Below are positions 1-7,836 of a DNA stretch of 64,000 bases, one piece after another. Made by a program: the position numbers and the translations under genes. The notes under the pieces were generated by a model. That model searched no databases and was not told where the DNA came from. It saw only the letters and a list, made by a program, of their open reading frames with translations. The DNA comes from Acidimicrobiales bacterium (GTDB taxonomy: Bacteria; Actinomycetota; Acidimicrobiia; Acidimicrobiales; Bog-793): assembly GCA_050744865.1 (NCBI GenBank), contig JBOGHW010000059.1, positions 15,895-79,894 on the forward strand. The letters are read 5' to 3'. How positions within the stretch are numbered: the stretch's first letter is position 1; every line of letters starts with the position of its first letter.

Positions 1-559
1 CCCCGACGTCGCTGCCGCCTTGGCGCTCGGTTAGGAACATCCCCCCTTCCCAGCTCTCCTCCGGCTCAAGGGACGTCAGCTTGGCCACGAACGAGTCCCG
101 GACGGCCTCGGGGGCGTACCGCTCGACGATGTCGGCGGCCCCGCTCGTCATGCCGAGGGCGCAGTACACGGCGGTCTCTGCCTGCGAGACCAGGTACGAG
201 AGGGCAGCTGTCACGACGGCCGGCACAGGCCGGTCCGAGCGCGCCTCCAGCCCTCCCGCGAAACCCGCCCTCACCAGGTCTGCCTTGTTCTCCAGCCAGG
301 AGGAGTTGTGCTGGACGAATCCCACGTCCTGACCCCAGCGGTCGTAGCGGGCCAACACCGGGCCGTGCTTGTCGGTGATCTCGGCCCGGCGCGCCACGTC
401 ACCGCCGACGAGGCGCCCATACTCCGACACGACGCCCTCGGCGTAGGCGCGGTCGCTCCCGTCGGGCAGCAGTTTGTCGAGCAAGAAACGCAGGTTCGGG
501 TCGACCGCATACCAGTCGAGACCGATGGCCTGGTCGTACTCGGCGTAGTCGGGCAGCAT
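1..559 (-). CDS. acyl-CoA dehydrogenase family protein (long AidB-like form), N-terminal part; gene continues beyond window start
   Basis: Absent from ORF track because it is open at the window edge. My reverse-strand translation from ATG at comp(557..559), preceded by GAAGGAGG, reads MLPDYAEYDQAIGLDWYAVDPNLRFLLDKLLPDG...SYLVSQAETAVYCALGMTSGAADIVERYAPE, which resembles the N-terminal region of AidB-like ACADs. Confidence 0.6.
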   Translation of the reverse strand, partial: MLPDYAEYDQAIGLDWYAVDPNLRFLLDKLLPDGSDRAYAEGVVSEYGRLVGGDVARRAEITDKHGPVLARYDRWGQDVGFVQHNSSWLENKADLVRAGFAGGLEARSDRPVPAVVTAALSYLVSQAETAVYCALGMTSGAADIVERYAPEAVRDSFVAKLTSLEPEESWEGGMFLTERQGGSDVG

Positions 560-683
560 TGGCAAGCCTCCTTCGGTTACGGCTCGATTCTCGCGCCTCA
601 GCAGGGCAGGCCGCCTACCCGCCTACCCGGCATGACGTCTTGGCCGGTGCCGCCGATCTCTCCTGGGCGCCGCCGAGCCCGGC

Positions 684-1739
684 CTATTCGGCTGCTCGCA
701 ACTCGGCGGGGCGGCGGCGGCGCCAAGCCTGGCCGAGCGCCGGCGGCTCCCACCCGGCGTCGGCCCGGTTGGTGTTCTTGCCCGGAGGCGCGAGAGCGTC
801 GATGCGGTCCAGGATGTCGTCGCCGAGCGTCACGCCGGCCCCCGCCAACAGATCGTCGAGTTGCTCCATCGTCCGTGGCCCGATGATCGCCGAGGTGACG
901 CCGGGGTGGGCGATCGCAAAAGCGATGGCCATGTGGGTGAGCGAGGTGCCCGCATCGGCGGCGATCGCCTCGAGTCCCTCTACGAGGTCGAGCTTGCGCT
1001 GGTTGGCGGGCAACGCCGGGTCGAAACGCCCTGGCAGCCGCGACGCCCGTCCCTTCGTCATGTCGATGTCGACCCCTCTCCGGTAGCGCCCGGTGAGCCA
1101 CCCGCCGCCAAGCGGGCTCCACACGATCACGCCCATCCCGTAGCGCTCACACGTCGGCAGCACGCCCGCCTCGATGCCCCGGGTGAAGATCGAGTACGGA
1201 GGCTGCTCGCACCTGAAGCGCTCGTAGCCACGCCGCTCGGCTGCCCACTGCGCCTCGACGATCTGCTCGGGAGGGAACGTCGAGGAGCCGATGGCGCGAA
1301 CCTTCCCTGAACGCACCAGGTCTGTGAGTGCTGACAGCGTTTCTTCGATGTCCGTGGCGGCGTCGGGGCGGTGGATCTGGTAGAGGTCGATGTGATCGGT
1401 CCCGAGGCGCCTGAGGGAGTTCTCGACCTCCTCGATGATCCAGCGGCGGGAGTTGCCCTGCCGGTTCGGGTCCTTGCCGTCGCCCATCGTGGCGTGGACC
1501 TTGGTGGCCAGCACAACCGAGTCTCGCCTGCCCTTGAGGGCCTTTCCGACGATCTCCTCGGACTCGCCCTGCGAGTAGACGTCGGCCGTGTCGACGAAGT
1601 TGATGCCGGCGTCGAGGGCGCGGTGGATGATCCGCACGCACTCGTCGTGATCGGAGTTCGCCCACCCCCCGAACATCATTGCCCCCAAGCAGTAGGGGCT
1701 GACCTGGATTCCGGTACTTCCAAGGGTCCGATAGCGCAT
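684..1739 (-). CDS. aldo/keto reductase
   Basis: ORF 684..1748; MRYRTLGSTGIQVSPYCLGAMMFG and INFVDTADVYSQGESEEIVGKAL are AKR hallmarks; ATG at 1739 (AAGGTGG 5 nt upstream) preferred over GTG at 1748. Confidence 0.9.
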   Translation of the reverse strand: MRYRTLGSTGIQVSPYCLGAMMFGGWANSDHDECVRIIHRALDAGINFVDTADVYSQGESEEIVGKALKGRRDSVVLATKVHATMGDGKDPNRQGNSRRWIIEEVENSLRRLGTDHIDLYQIHRPDAATDIEETLSALTDLVRSGKVRAIGSSTFPPEQIVEAQWAAERRGYERFRCEQPPYSIFTRGIEAGVLPTCERYGMGVIVWSPLGGGWLTGRYRRGVDIDMTKGRASRLPGRFDPALPANQRKLDLVEGLEAIAADAGTSLTHMAIAFAIAHPGVTSAIIGPRTMEQLDDLLAGAGVTLGDDILDRIDALAPPGKNTNRADAGWEPPALGQAWRRRRPAELRAAE

Positions 1740-1845
1740 AGCTGCCACCTTAGGGATCTCGCGGCGGCACAGTTCAGTCCGGGCGGCCGTCCGGAGATTT
1801 ACTCTGGCGGCCGAGGCCCTCCTATGACCGGTCAGGACGTGCGAT

Positions 1846-1886
1846 GGTCAGAGTTAGGTACGGTATACCGACCGTAAGTCTGACAA
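1846..1886. repeat. 41-nt palindromic intergenic element, copy 1 of 2 in window
   Basis: GGTCAGAGTTAGGTACGGTATACCGACCGTAAGTCTGACAA; 35/41 identical (hand alignment, no gaps) to 49179..49219; contains perfect 10-bp palindrome CGGTATACCG at 1861..1870. Confidence 0.7.
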
Positions 1887-1912
1887 AGGCAGCTCGACCA
1901 CCTGTGGCTGGC

Positions 1913-2143
1913 CTACTCGGGTGCCCCGACCACCGACACCCAGCCACCCGGCATGCGGGACACACCGTCAGCAAGCACGATATGGACCTTTGAATGCTGG
2001 GGATGAGTGGCCGGAGGCCGGGGCGTGTCGTGCCCCGTCGTCGCCAGGGCGCCAGCGAGAGCGCCTAGGAGGAGTGACGCCACCAGCACGAGCGGGCGAA
2101 GCGAGGGGCGCGCCACAGACGATGCCTTTTGGACATCCACCAC
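1913..2143 (-). CDS. hypothetical small protein with N-terminal hydrophobic signal/anchor-like segment
   Basis: 76-aa ORF, GTG start with GGGGGAGG 6 nt upstream; LRPLVLVASLLLGALAGALA hydrophobic stretch; no family recognised. Confidence 0.35.
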   Translation of the reverse strand: MVDVQKASSVARPSLRPLVLVASLLLGALAGALATTGHDTPRPPATHPQHSKVHIVLADGVSRMPGGWVSVVGAPE

Positions 2144-2288
2144 GATGCACCTCCCCCTTCAGCCCTGACCGGTTCGGTGGGCCCCGCTGAGCGGGAGAAC
2201 CGGACCCTTGCCAATACAGACGCACGAGCGCCAGGAAAAGTTGCAACAAAATTGGAGACTCTCCGAGCGCTGCACGGAACCTCGGCCG

Positions 2289-2639
2289 CTACCGGACCTT
2301 CGGGACGTATCCTCCCCGACCGAGAGCGGTGCTCTCGAAGATGTCCATCGAGTCGTCGACATCGCCTCTGACCTCGGTCACCCACTCGAGGCGCTGCTTC
2401 AGCAGGCGCTCAACGCCACCCTTAAGGGTGAGGCTGGAGATGGCGCAGGATCCGCAGGCACCCTGCAGCTCGACGGAGACCACGCCGGCTTCGAAGTCCA
2501 CCGAGGTCACGACCAGGTCGCCACCATCAGCCTGCACGGCCGGGCGCATCAGGTCCATCAGCTCGTCAAGGCCGGCCTGTCGCCGGGCCCGCTCTTCGTC
2601 GTCTAACACCTGGGCCTGCTGGTCGTCTGTCGCCGGCAC
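2289..2639 (-). CDS. NifU-like (Nfu-type) Fe-S cluster assembly domain protein
   Basis: 116 aa; GGDLVVTSVDFEAGVVSVELQGACGSCAIS carries the CxxC motif of the NifU C-terminal domain; GTG start. Confidence 0.85.
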   Translation of the reverse strand: MPATDDQQAQVLDDEERARRQAGLDELMDLMRPAVQADGGDLVVTSVDFEAGVVSVELQGACGSCAISSLTLKGGVERLLKQRLEWVTEVRGDVDDSMDIFESTALGRGGYVPKVR

Positions 2640-2719
2640 GTACTTGCCATCCTCTCCTCGCGCCCTGCTCCTCTCACAATGTTACGGGCGGTGAGCTCTC
2701 GGCCATACAGTGGCAAGCC

Positions 2720-3562
2720 GTGTACCTAGTCGTGATGGCAGCTGGCCACGGGCGCCGCTTCGGCGGCCTGAAGCAACTCGCTCCCGTTGGCCCCAACGGA
2801 GAAGCCGTGATGGACTACACCGCCCGCGACGCCCTCGACGCCGGCTTCGAGCAGGTCATCCTCATCGTCCGTGATGACGTGAGAGACGAACTGCTGGACC
2901 ACATAGCCCAGCACTGGCCGCACAAGCTGGACGTCATCCCTGTGATACAGGGGCCGGTGGCCGGCACGGCGCAGGCGGTGGCATCGGCGGCACCCTACGT
3001 AGACGGGACCTTCGGGATAGCCAACGCCGACGACCTCTACGGGGCGCAGGCGCTAGAGACGCTGGCCAAGGCGTTGAACGGGCTGGGGCCGGACGAGCAC
3101 CTCATCGTCGGGTACCACCTCGCAAACACTGTGCTCACGCAAGCAACGGTGACCCGCGGCGTCTGCCAGACGGACGGCGATGGTTACCTGGAGGTCGTCC
3201 GAGAGCTTTGCGTGACCCGGCAGCAGGGTGGCGAGGGCTTTACCGGCGTGCCGGTCCTGGCCGCCGGTGACGAGCCCCCCATGAGCCTGACCGGGCAGGA
3301 GGTGGTGTCGATGAACCTGTGGGGCTTCTCGCAGGGAATATTCGACGATTTGGAGAGGGCGCTGATGCGCTTCGACCCCGATACCGCCCCTCACGCCGAA
3401 GGCAAGCCGCCCGAGCTGCTGCTGCCTGACGTGGTCGCCAGCATCGTCACGGCGGGCCTGTCACGCGTCCGCGTCGTCACGACGACCGACCGCTGCATCG
3501 GTCTCACCCATCCCGACGACGTGCCGCTCGTTCGGTCGGTGGTAGCCGATCTGCGAGGCTGA
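2720..3562 (+). CDS. sugar-phosphate nucleotidyltransferase family protein
   Basis: 280 aa; N-terminal VVMAAGHGRRFGGLKQL matches the G-x-G-x-R nucleotide-binding loop of NTP-transferase fold enzymes; GTG start. Confidence 0.75.
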   Translation: MYLVVMAAGHGRRFGGLKQLAPVGPNGEAVMDYTARDALDAGFEQVILIVRDDVRDELLDHIAQHWPHKLDVIPVIQGPVAGTAQAVASAAPYVDGTFGIANADDLYGAQALETLAKALNGLGPDEHLIVGYHLANTVLTQATVTRGVCQTDGDGYLEVVRELCVTRQQGGEGFTGVPVLAAGDEPPMSLTGQEVVSMNLWGFSQGIFDDLERALMRFDPDTAPHAEGKPPELLLPDVVASIVTAGLSRVRVVTTTDRCIGLTHPDDVPLVRSVVADLRG

Positions 3563-3633
3563 GCGGCACCCAACAGAAAGCGGCCCGGCGGCAACGCCAG
3601 CGGGCGGCTCGGTGGCGCCGAGGAGCCAGAGGC

Positions 3634-4755
3634 TCAGTCCTCCAGGAACCTACCCAGCCGCTCGGACGCCTCGCCGAGGCCCTCCAGCAGCTCGTACATC
3701 ACCTGCTTGACAGGCCGGACGCTGTTCATGCGCGAGACGATCTGGCCAACGGGTATGCCCTGCAGCTCCTTCACGTCCGAGCGGGCGATGCGGCGCTGGG
3801 CCTCGGCCGTCAGCATGTACTGGAGCGGCATCGGCAGCGTGCCGGGCGACTCCGGCGCCTCCCAGGCAGCCGTCCATCCGGTACGCAGCTGGCGGGCGGG
3901 CTTGCCCGTCAAGGCACGCGACCGGGCGGTGTCCCGCGAGCCGGCAGCCAGGAGCTTCTCGACGAGGAAGGGCGGCATGTCGCTCTCGGCCGTCGTGAGC
4001 CAGACAGAGCCCATCCAGACGCCCTCGGCGCCGAGCGCCAGAGCGGCCGCGATCTGCCGCCCCGTCCCGATCCCGCCGGCGGCCAGTACCGGTACCGGTG
4101 CCACGGCGTCCACGACGTCGGGCACGAGCACCATGCTCGTGATCTCCCCTGTGTGCCCACCAGCCTCGTAGCCGGAGGCCACGATGATGTCAACGCCGTT
4201 TCGCACCTGGCTTTCGGCCTGCGAAACGCTCCCCACCAGTGCCGCCACCTGCACGCCGTGGTCGTGGGCGAGCTCCACGACGTCGGGTGGCGGCGGGCCG
4301 AGAGCGTTGGCCAGCAGCTTGATCGGGTGGGATAGCGCGATGTCGACGAGCGGGCGGGCGCCCTCGTGTGTCCAGCCGAGAAGGCGGTTCACGCCCTCGT
4401 CGGGCGGCAGCTCCGGCACGCCGTAGCGTTCGAGCACTTCCTCTACGTACTGGCGGTGGCCAGCCGGGATGTAGCCGTCGAGGATGGCCGACAGCTCGGA
4501 GTTCGAGGCTCCTGCCGGCAGGTCCCCGGCTCCGGCGTAGGAGGCAGGCATCACCACATCGACTCCGTAAGGCTTGCCGCCGACGTGGTCGTCGATCCAG
4601 TCGAGCTCGACCGCCAGCTGCTCGGGAGTAAAGGCAAGCGCCCCCAGCACGCCGAAGCCACCCGCGTTCGTAACTGCGGCCACGACGTCCCGGCAGTGCG
4701 AGAAGGCGAAGATCGGGTACTCCATACCGAGCCGGTCAGTGAGGCTGCTCCTCAT
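3634..4755 (-). CDS. nitronate monooxygenase / FabK-like FMN oxidoreductase
   Basis: 373 aa; MEYPIFAFSHCRDVVAAVTNAGGFGVLG and IIVASGYEAGGHTG motifs of the NMO family; ATG overlaps upstream stop (ATGA at 4752..4755). Confidence 0.9.
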   Translation of the reverse strand: MRSSLTDRLGMEYPIFAFSHCRDVVAAVTNAGGFGVLGALAFTPEQLAVELDWIDDHVGGKPYGVDVVMPASYAGAGDLPAGASNSELSAILDGYIPAGHRQYVEEVLERYGVPELPPDEGVNRLLGWTHEGARPLVDIALSHPIKLLANALGPPPPDVVELAHDHGVQVAALVGSVSQAESQVRNGVDIIVASGYEAGGHTGEITSMVLVPDVVDAVAPVPVLAAGGIGTGRQIAAALALGAEGVWMGSVWLTTAESDMPPFLVEKLLAAGSRDTARSRALTGKPARQLRTGWTAAWEAPESPGTLPMPLQYMLTAEAQRRIARSDVKELQGIPVGQIVSRMNSVRPVKQVMYELLEGLGEASERLGRFLED

Positions 4756-6647
4756 GACTCCTCCGCCCCGGTTGGCACGGTCGGGCTGTACTCCGCTGAT
4801 CGCCCAGGGCTGCTAGCGCCGGCTAGCCCGGCGGCGGTCTGCGGTGGGCTGCTGGCGCCGGCTGGCCCGGCTGGCCCGGCTGGCCCAGCGGCGGGAGGCG
4901 GCGGGCTGGCCCCGAGGGCAACCTCGAGTGCCCATCTGTAGTCCGGCTTGCCCGCCGGCGACCGGACGAGCTTGTCCACGACATGCAGCTCTCGGGGCAC
5001 TTTGTAGCCGGCGATCCGTGATCGGCAGTGCTCCTGCAGCGACTCCAGCTGCGGCGCCGCGCCTGGACGGGGCTCGACTACGGCCGAGACCCGCTGCCCC
5101 CAGCGCTCGTCCGGCACGCCGACAATGGTGGCGTCGTACACGTCGGGATGCGCCTTCACGGCCGCTTCGACCTCCTCGGGAAACACCTTCTCGCCGCCCG
5201 TATTGATCGACACCGATCCCCGCCCGAGGAGCGAGATCCGGCCGTCGCCCTCGAGCATGGCGAGGTCACCGGTCACGACGTAGCGGACGTCCTCGACCTC
5301 GATGAACACCTCGGCGGTCTTGACAGGATCCTTGTAGTAGCCGATCGGTATGTTGCCGGACCTGGCGAGACGTCCGATCTCGCCCGTGCCCGGCGGGAGC
5401 GGGCGGAGCTCGGAGTCCAGCACGACCGAGTCGGTGACCGCCTGCACCGTTGGCCCGCCCCGCATCGCCGTCTCGCCGGGCTTCAGGATCACGACGCCGT
5501 TGGCGCCACCCTCTGAAGACCCGATGGCGTCTGTCATTATCAGGTTCGGGAAGTGGCCGAAGAATGCCTCTTTGACATCGGGCGAGAACACTGCTGCCGT
5601 CGACGAGAGGCTGATCAACTGCGAGGTGTCGTAGGACTGGCCGGTTGCGGCCTGCCTCTCGTACTCCTCGACGAGTGGGCGCGCCATGGCGTCGCCTGTC
5701 ATCATCAACGAGTTCACACCCAGCTCCCCCACGAGGCGCCATACGTCGGCAGGGTGGAACTTGTCGACCAGCACCACGCGGTTGCCCTGGAAACTCTGCC
5801 CCATGACGCCCCACTGCGTGGCGCCGTGCATGAGGGGCGCTATCGGGAAGAACGTGATCTGGAAGTTGGCAGCAACCCCCTTTTCAGCCAAGCCTTGCGG
5901 CGTCCGGATCTGGACGTTCGTCAGTGGGTCGATGCCACCGCCCAGGGCGAACAGGACGTCCTCGTGGCGCCAAACGACACCCTTGGGAAGCCCCGTCGTA
6001 CCGCCTGTGAACAGGATGTAGCGGTCATCGCCAGAGCGCGGGCCGAAGTCGCGCTCGGGCGACTGCGCCGCCAGTGCCGTCTCGTACTGCTCTACTGTCA
6101 CGTCGCCGAAGCCAAGCTCGCGGTTCGTGCCGGCACCCGAACCGGGGTCGCCGCCCGACTCGGCACCCGAACCGGGGTGGCCACCCGACTCGACGCCCGA
6201 GCCGCATCCCGCATCGGCGCCCTCGGCCGTGCCGTCGTCGATGACGAGCACGTGATGCATCATGGGCAGCGAGCCGGCACAGGATGCCACGGCCTTGGCG
6301 AACTGGCGATCGACCACCATGGCCACCACGTCGGACGAGGCGAAAAGGTAGCGAAGCTCCTCTTCGACGTAGCGGTAGTTGATGTTGATCCACACCGCTC
6401 GCAGCTTGAAGACTGCCCAGAGAGTCTCGACCCACTCGGTTCGGTTGTAGCCGTAGATGCCTACATGGTCACCGGGGCCGACGCCGCGGGCCGCAAGGTG
6501 GTGCGCCAGGCGGTTGGCGCGGTTGTCCATCTCGGCGTAGGTGCGGCGCTGCCCGCCGGCCACGAGGTACTCGCGCTCGGCAAAGACGTCGGCGGCGTGC
6601 TCGAAGAGGTCTGCCAGGTTGTACTCCACCGGCGATAAGTAGAACAT
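4752..6647 (-). CDS. acyl-CoA synthetase (AMP-forming, FadD-like) with Gly/Ser-rich internal insertion and Pro/Ala/Gly-rich C-terminal tail
   Basis: AMP-binding motifs FTGGTTGLPKGV, GYYKDP, TGDLAM, INTGGEKVFP; ORF track start 6797 trimmed to ATG 6647 (MFYLSPVEYNLADLFEH) because the upstream 50 codons cross the divergent promoter region. Confidence 0.9.
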   Translation of the reverse strand: MFYLSPVEYNLADLFEHAADVFAEREYLVAGGQRRTYAEMDNRANRLAHHLAARGVGPGDHVGIYGYNRTEWVETLWAVFKLRAVWININYRYVEEELRYLFASSDVVAMVVDRQFAKAVASCAGSLPMMHHVLVIDDGTAEGADAGCGSGVESGGHPGSGAESGGDPGSGAGTNRELGFGDVTVEQYETALAAQSPERDFGPRSGDDRYILFTGGTTGLPKGVVWRHEDVLFALGGGIDPLTNVQIRTPQGLAEKGVAANFQITFFPIAPLMHGATQWGVMGQSFQGNRVVLVDKFHPADVWRLVGELGVNSLMMTGDAMARPLVEEYERQAATGQSYDTSQLISLSSTAAVFSPDVKEAFFGHFPNLIMTDAIGSSEGGANGVVILKPGETAMRGGPTVQAVTDSVVLDSELRPLPPGTGEIGRLARSGNIPIGYYKDPVKTAEVFIEVEDVRYVVTGDLAMLEGDGRISLLGRGSVSINTGGEKVFPEEVEAAVKAHPDVYDATIVGVPDERWGQRVSAVVEPRPGAAPQLESLQEHCRSRIAGYKVPRELHVVDKLVRSPAGKPDYRWALEVALGASPPPPAAGPAGPAGPAGASSPPQTAAGLAGASSPGRSAEYSPTVPTGAEES

Positions 6648-6653
6648 GTTCTC
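6640..6653. promoter_or_regulatory. KstR-type (TnnAACnnGTTnnA-like) palindromic operator candidate
   Basis: TAGAACATGTTCTC; inner AGAACATGTTCT (6641..6652) is a perfect 12-bp palindrome; lies on the divergent start region of fadD-like and 6721 genes. Confidence 0.4.
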
Positions 6654-6720
6654 GTTATTGGCGGCAAGAATGTCTGACCGACAGGCTCCCCAAGAGGCCA
6701 TCGCGACGGAAGGGAACAAG

Positions 6721-7836
6721 ATGCCGGTACCACTCGACGAGTACCCGCTCCACCAGGTCCCCCTCTCCATGCAGTACGCGGCCACGAGCGACCGCAACTG
6801 CTACGACCGTTGCTACGTCAATGCTCAAGACAGGACGGGCAGGCTGTTCGTGGTGACCGGGCTCGGCGTCTACCCGAACCTCGGGGTGACCGACGCCTAC
6901 CTGACGATCATGCGCGACGGCCACCAGTCGACGCTCAGACTGTCCGACGCCCTCGGGCCGGACCGCATGAACCAGGCCGTCGGCCCTTACCGGATCGAGG
7001 TCCTCGAACCTTTGCGGCAGTTGCGCCTCATTTGCGAGCCAGGCGCACATGGCATCGGTGCTGACATAACTTGGACGGGTTCGTTCCCCGTGCTCGATGA
7101 GCCGCTTCACACCGTGCGCTCGGGAGGGCGTGTCATCGTCGACGGAGCCAGGTTCGCTCAAGTCGGAACCGTTGGCGGCATTGTCCACCTGGACGGAGCG
7201 GACCTGGCACTCGACCCCGCCGTCGCAGTCGGGACCCGCGACAGGTCGTGGGGGATCCGTCCCGTCGGCGGGCCGGAGCCGGCAGGACGGGGGACATCCG
7301 AACCGATGGAGGGGTTCGGGTTCTGGTGGGTTTACGCGCCGCTTCGTTTCGAGGAGTTCGCAATCGTCCTCATCGCCCAGGAGGACGGCGCCGGCACCCG
7401 CACGACCGCCGAGGCGACGCGGGTCTGGCCCGAGTCGTCGGGTCGGGTGCCAGAACAGCTCGGCTGGGCCGACTTCGCCATCCGCTACCAGCCGGGTAGC
7501 CGCATGCCGGCCGGTGCGACAGTCACCATCTCCAAGCGGGGGGCTCCCCTCGTCATCGAGATCGACACACTGGGCCATGTCTTGCTGAACGCCGGCCCGG
7601 GGTACCCGGGCGACCCCGACTGGTCGCACGGCCAGTGGCTCGGCCGCGGCTTTGCCGGCCGGGTCGACGTCGATCTAGGCGACCCGGCGCTGGCCGGGCA
7701 ACGGGCCGTCGGCGTTGTGGACCATGTCTGCCGAGCGACTTGCCAAGGCCAGACCGGATTCGGTTTGTTCGAGCACGCCACCTTCGGTGCCCACCTTCCC
7801 TCAGGCTTCGCTGATTGGGACAGCGTGGCGCCATGA
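6721..7836 (+). CDS. conserved-looking hypothetical protein
   Basis: ORF 6646..7836 trimmed to ATG 6721 (GGAAGGGA upstream); 371 aa, no motif recognised; stop overlaps next start (ATGA 7833..7836). Confidence 0.7.
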   Translation: MPVPLDEYPLHQVPLSMQYAATSDRNCYDRCYVNAQDRTGRLFVVTGLGVYPNLGVTDAYLTIMRDGHQSTLRLSDALGPDRMNQAVGPYRIEVLEPLRQLRLICEPGAHGIGADITWTGSFPVLDEPLHTVRSGGRVIVDGARFAQVGTVGGIVHLDGADLALDPAVAVGTRDRSWGIRPVGGPEPAGRGTSEPMEGFGFWWVYAPLRFEEFAIVLIAQEDGAGTRTTAEATRVWPESSGRVPEQLGWADFAIRYQPGSRMPAGATVTISKRGAPLVIEIDTLGHVLLNAGPGYPGDPDWSHGQWLGRGFAGRVDVDLGDPALAGQRAVGVVDHVCRATCQGQTGFGLFEHATFGAHLPSGFADWDSVAP

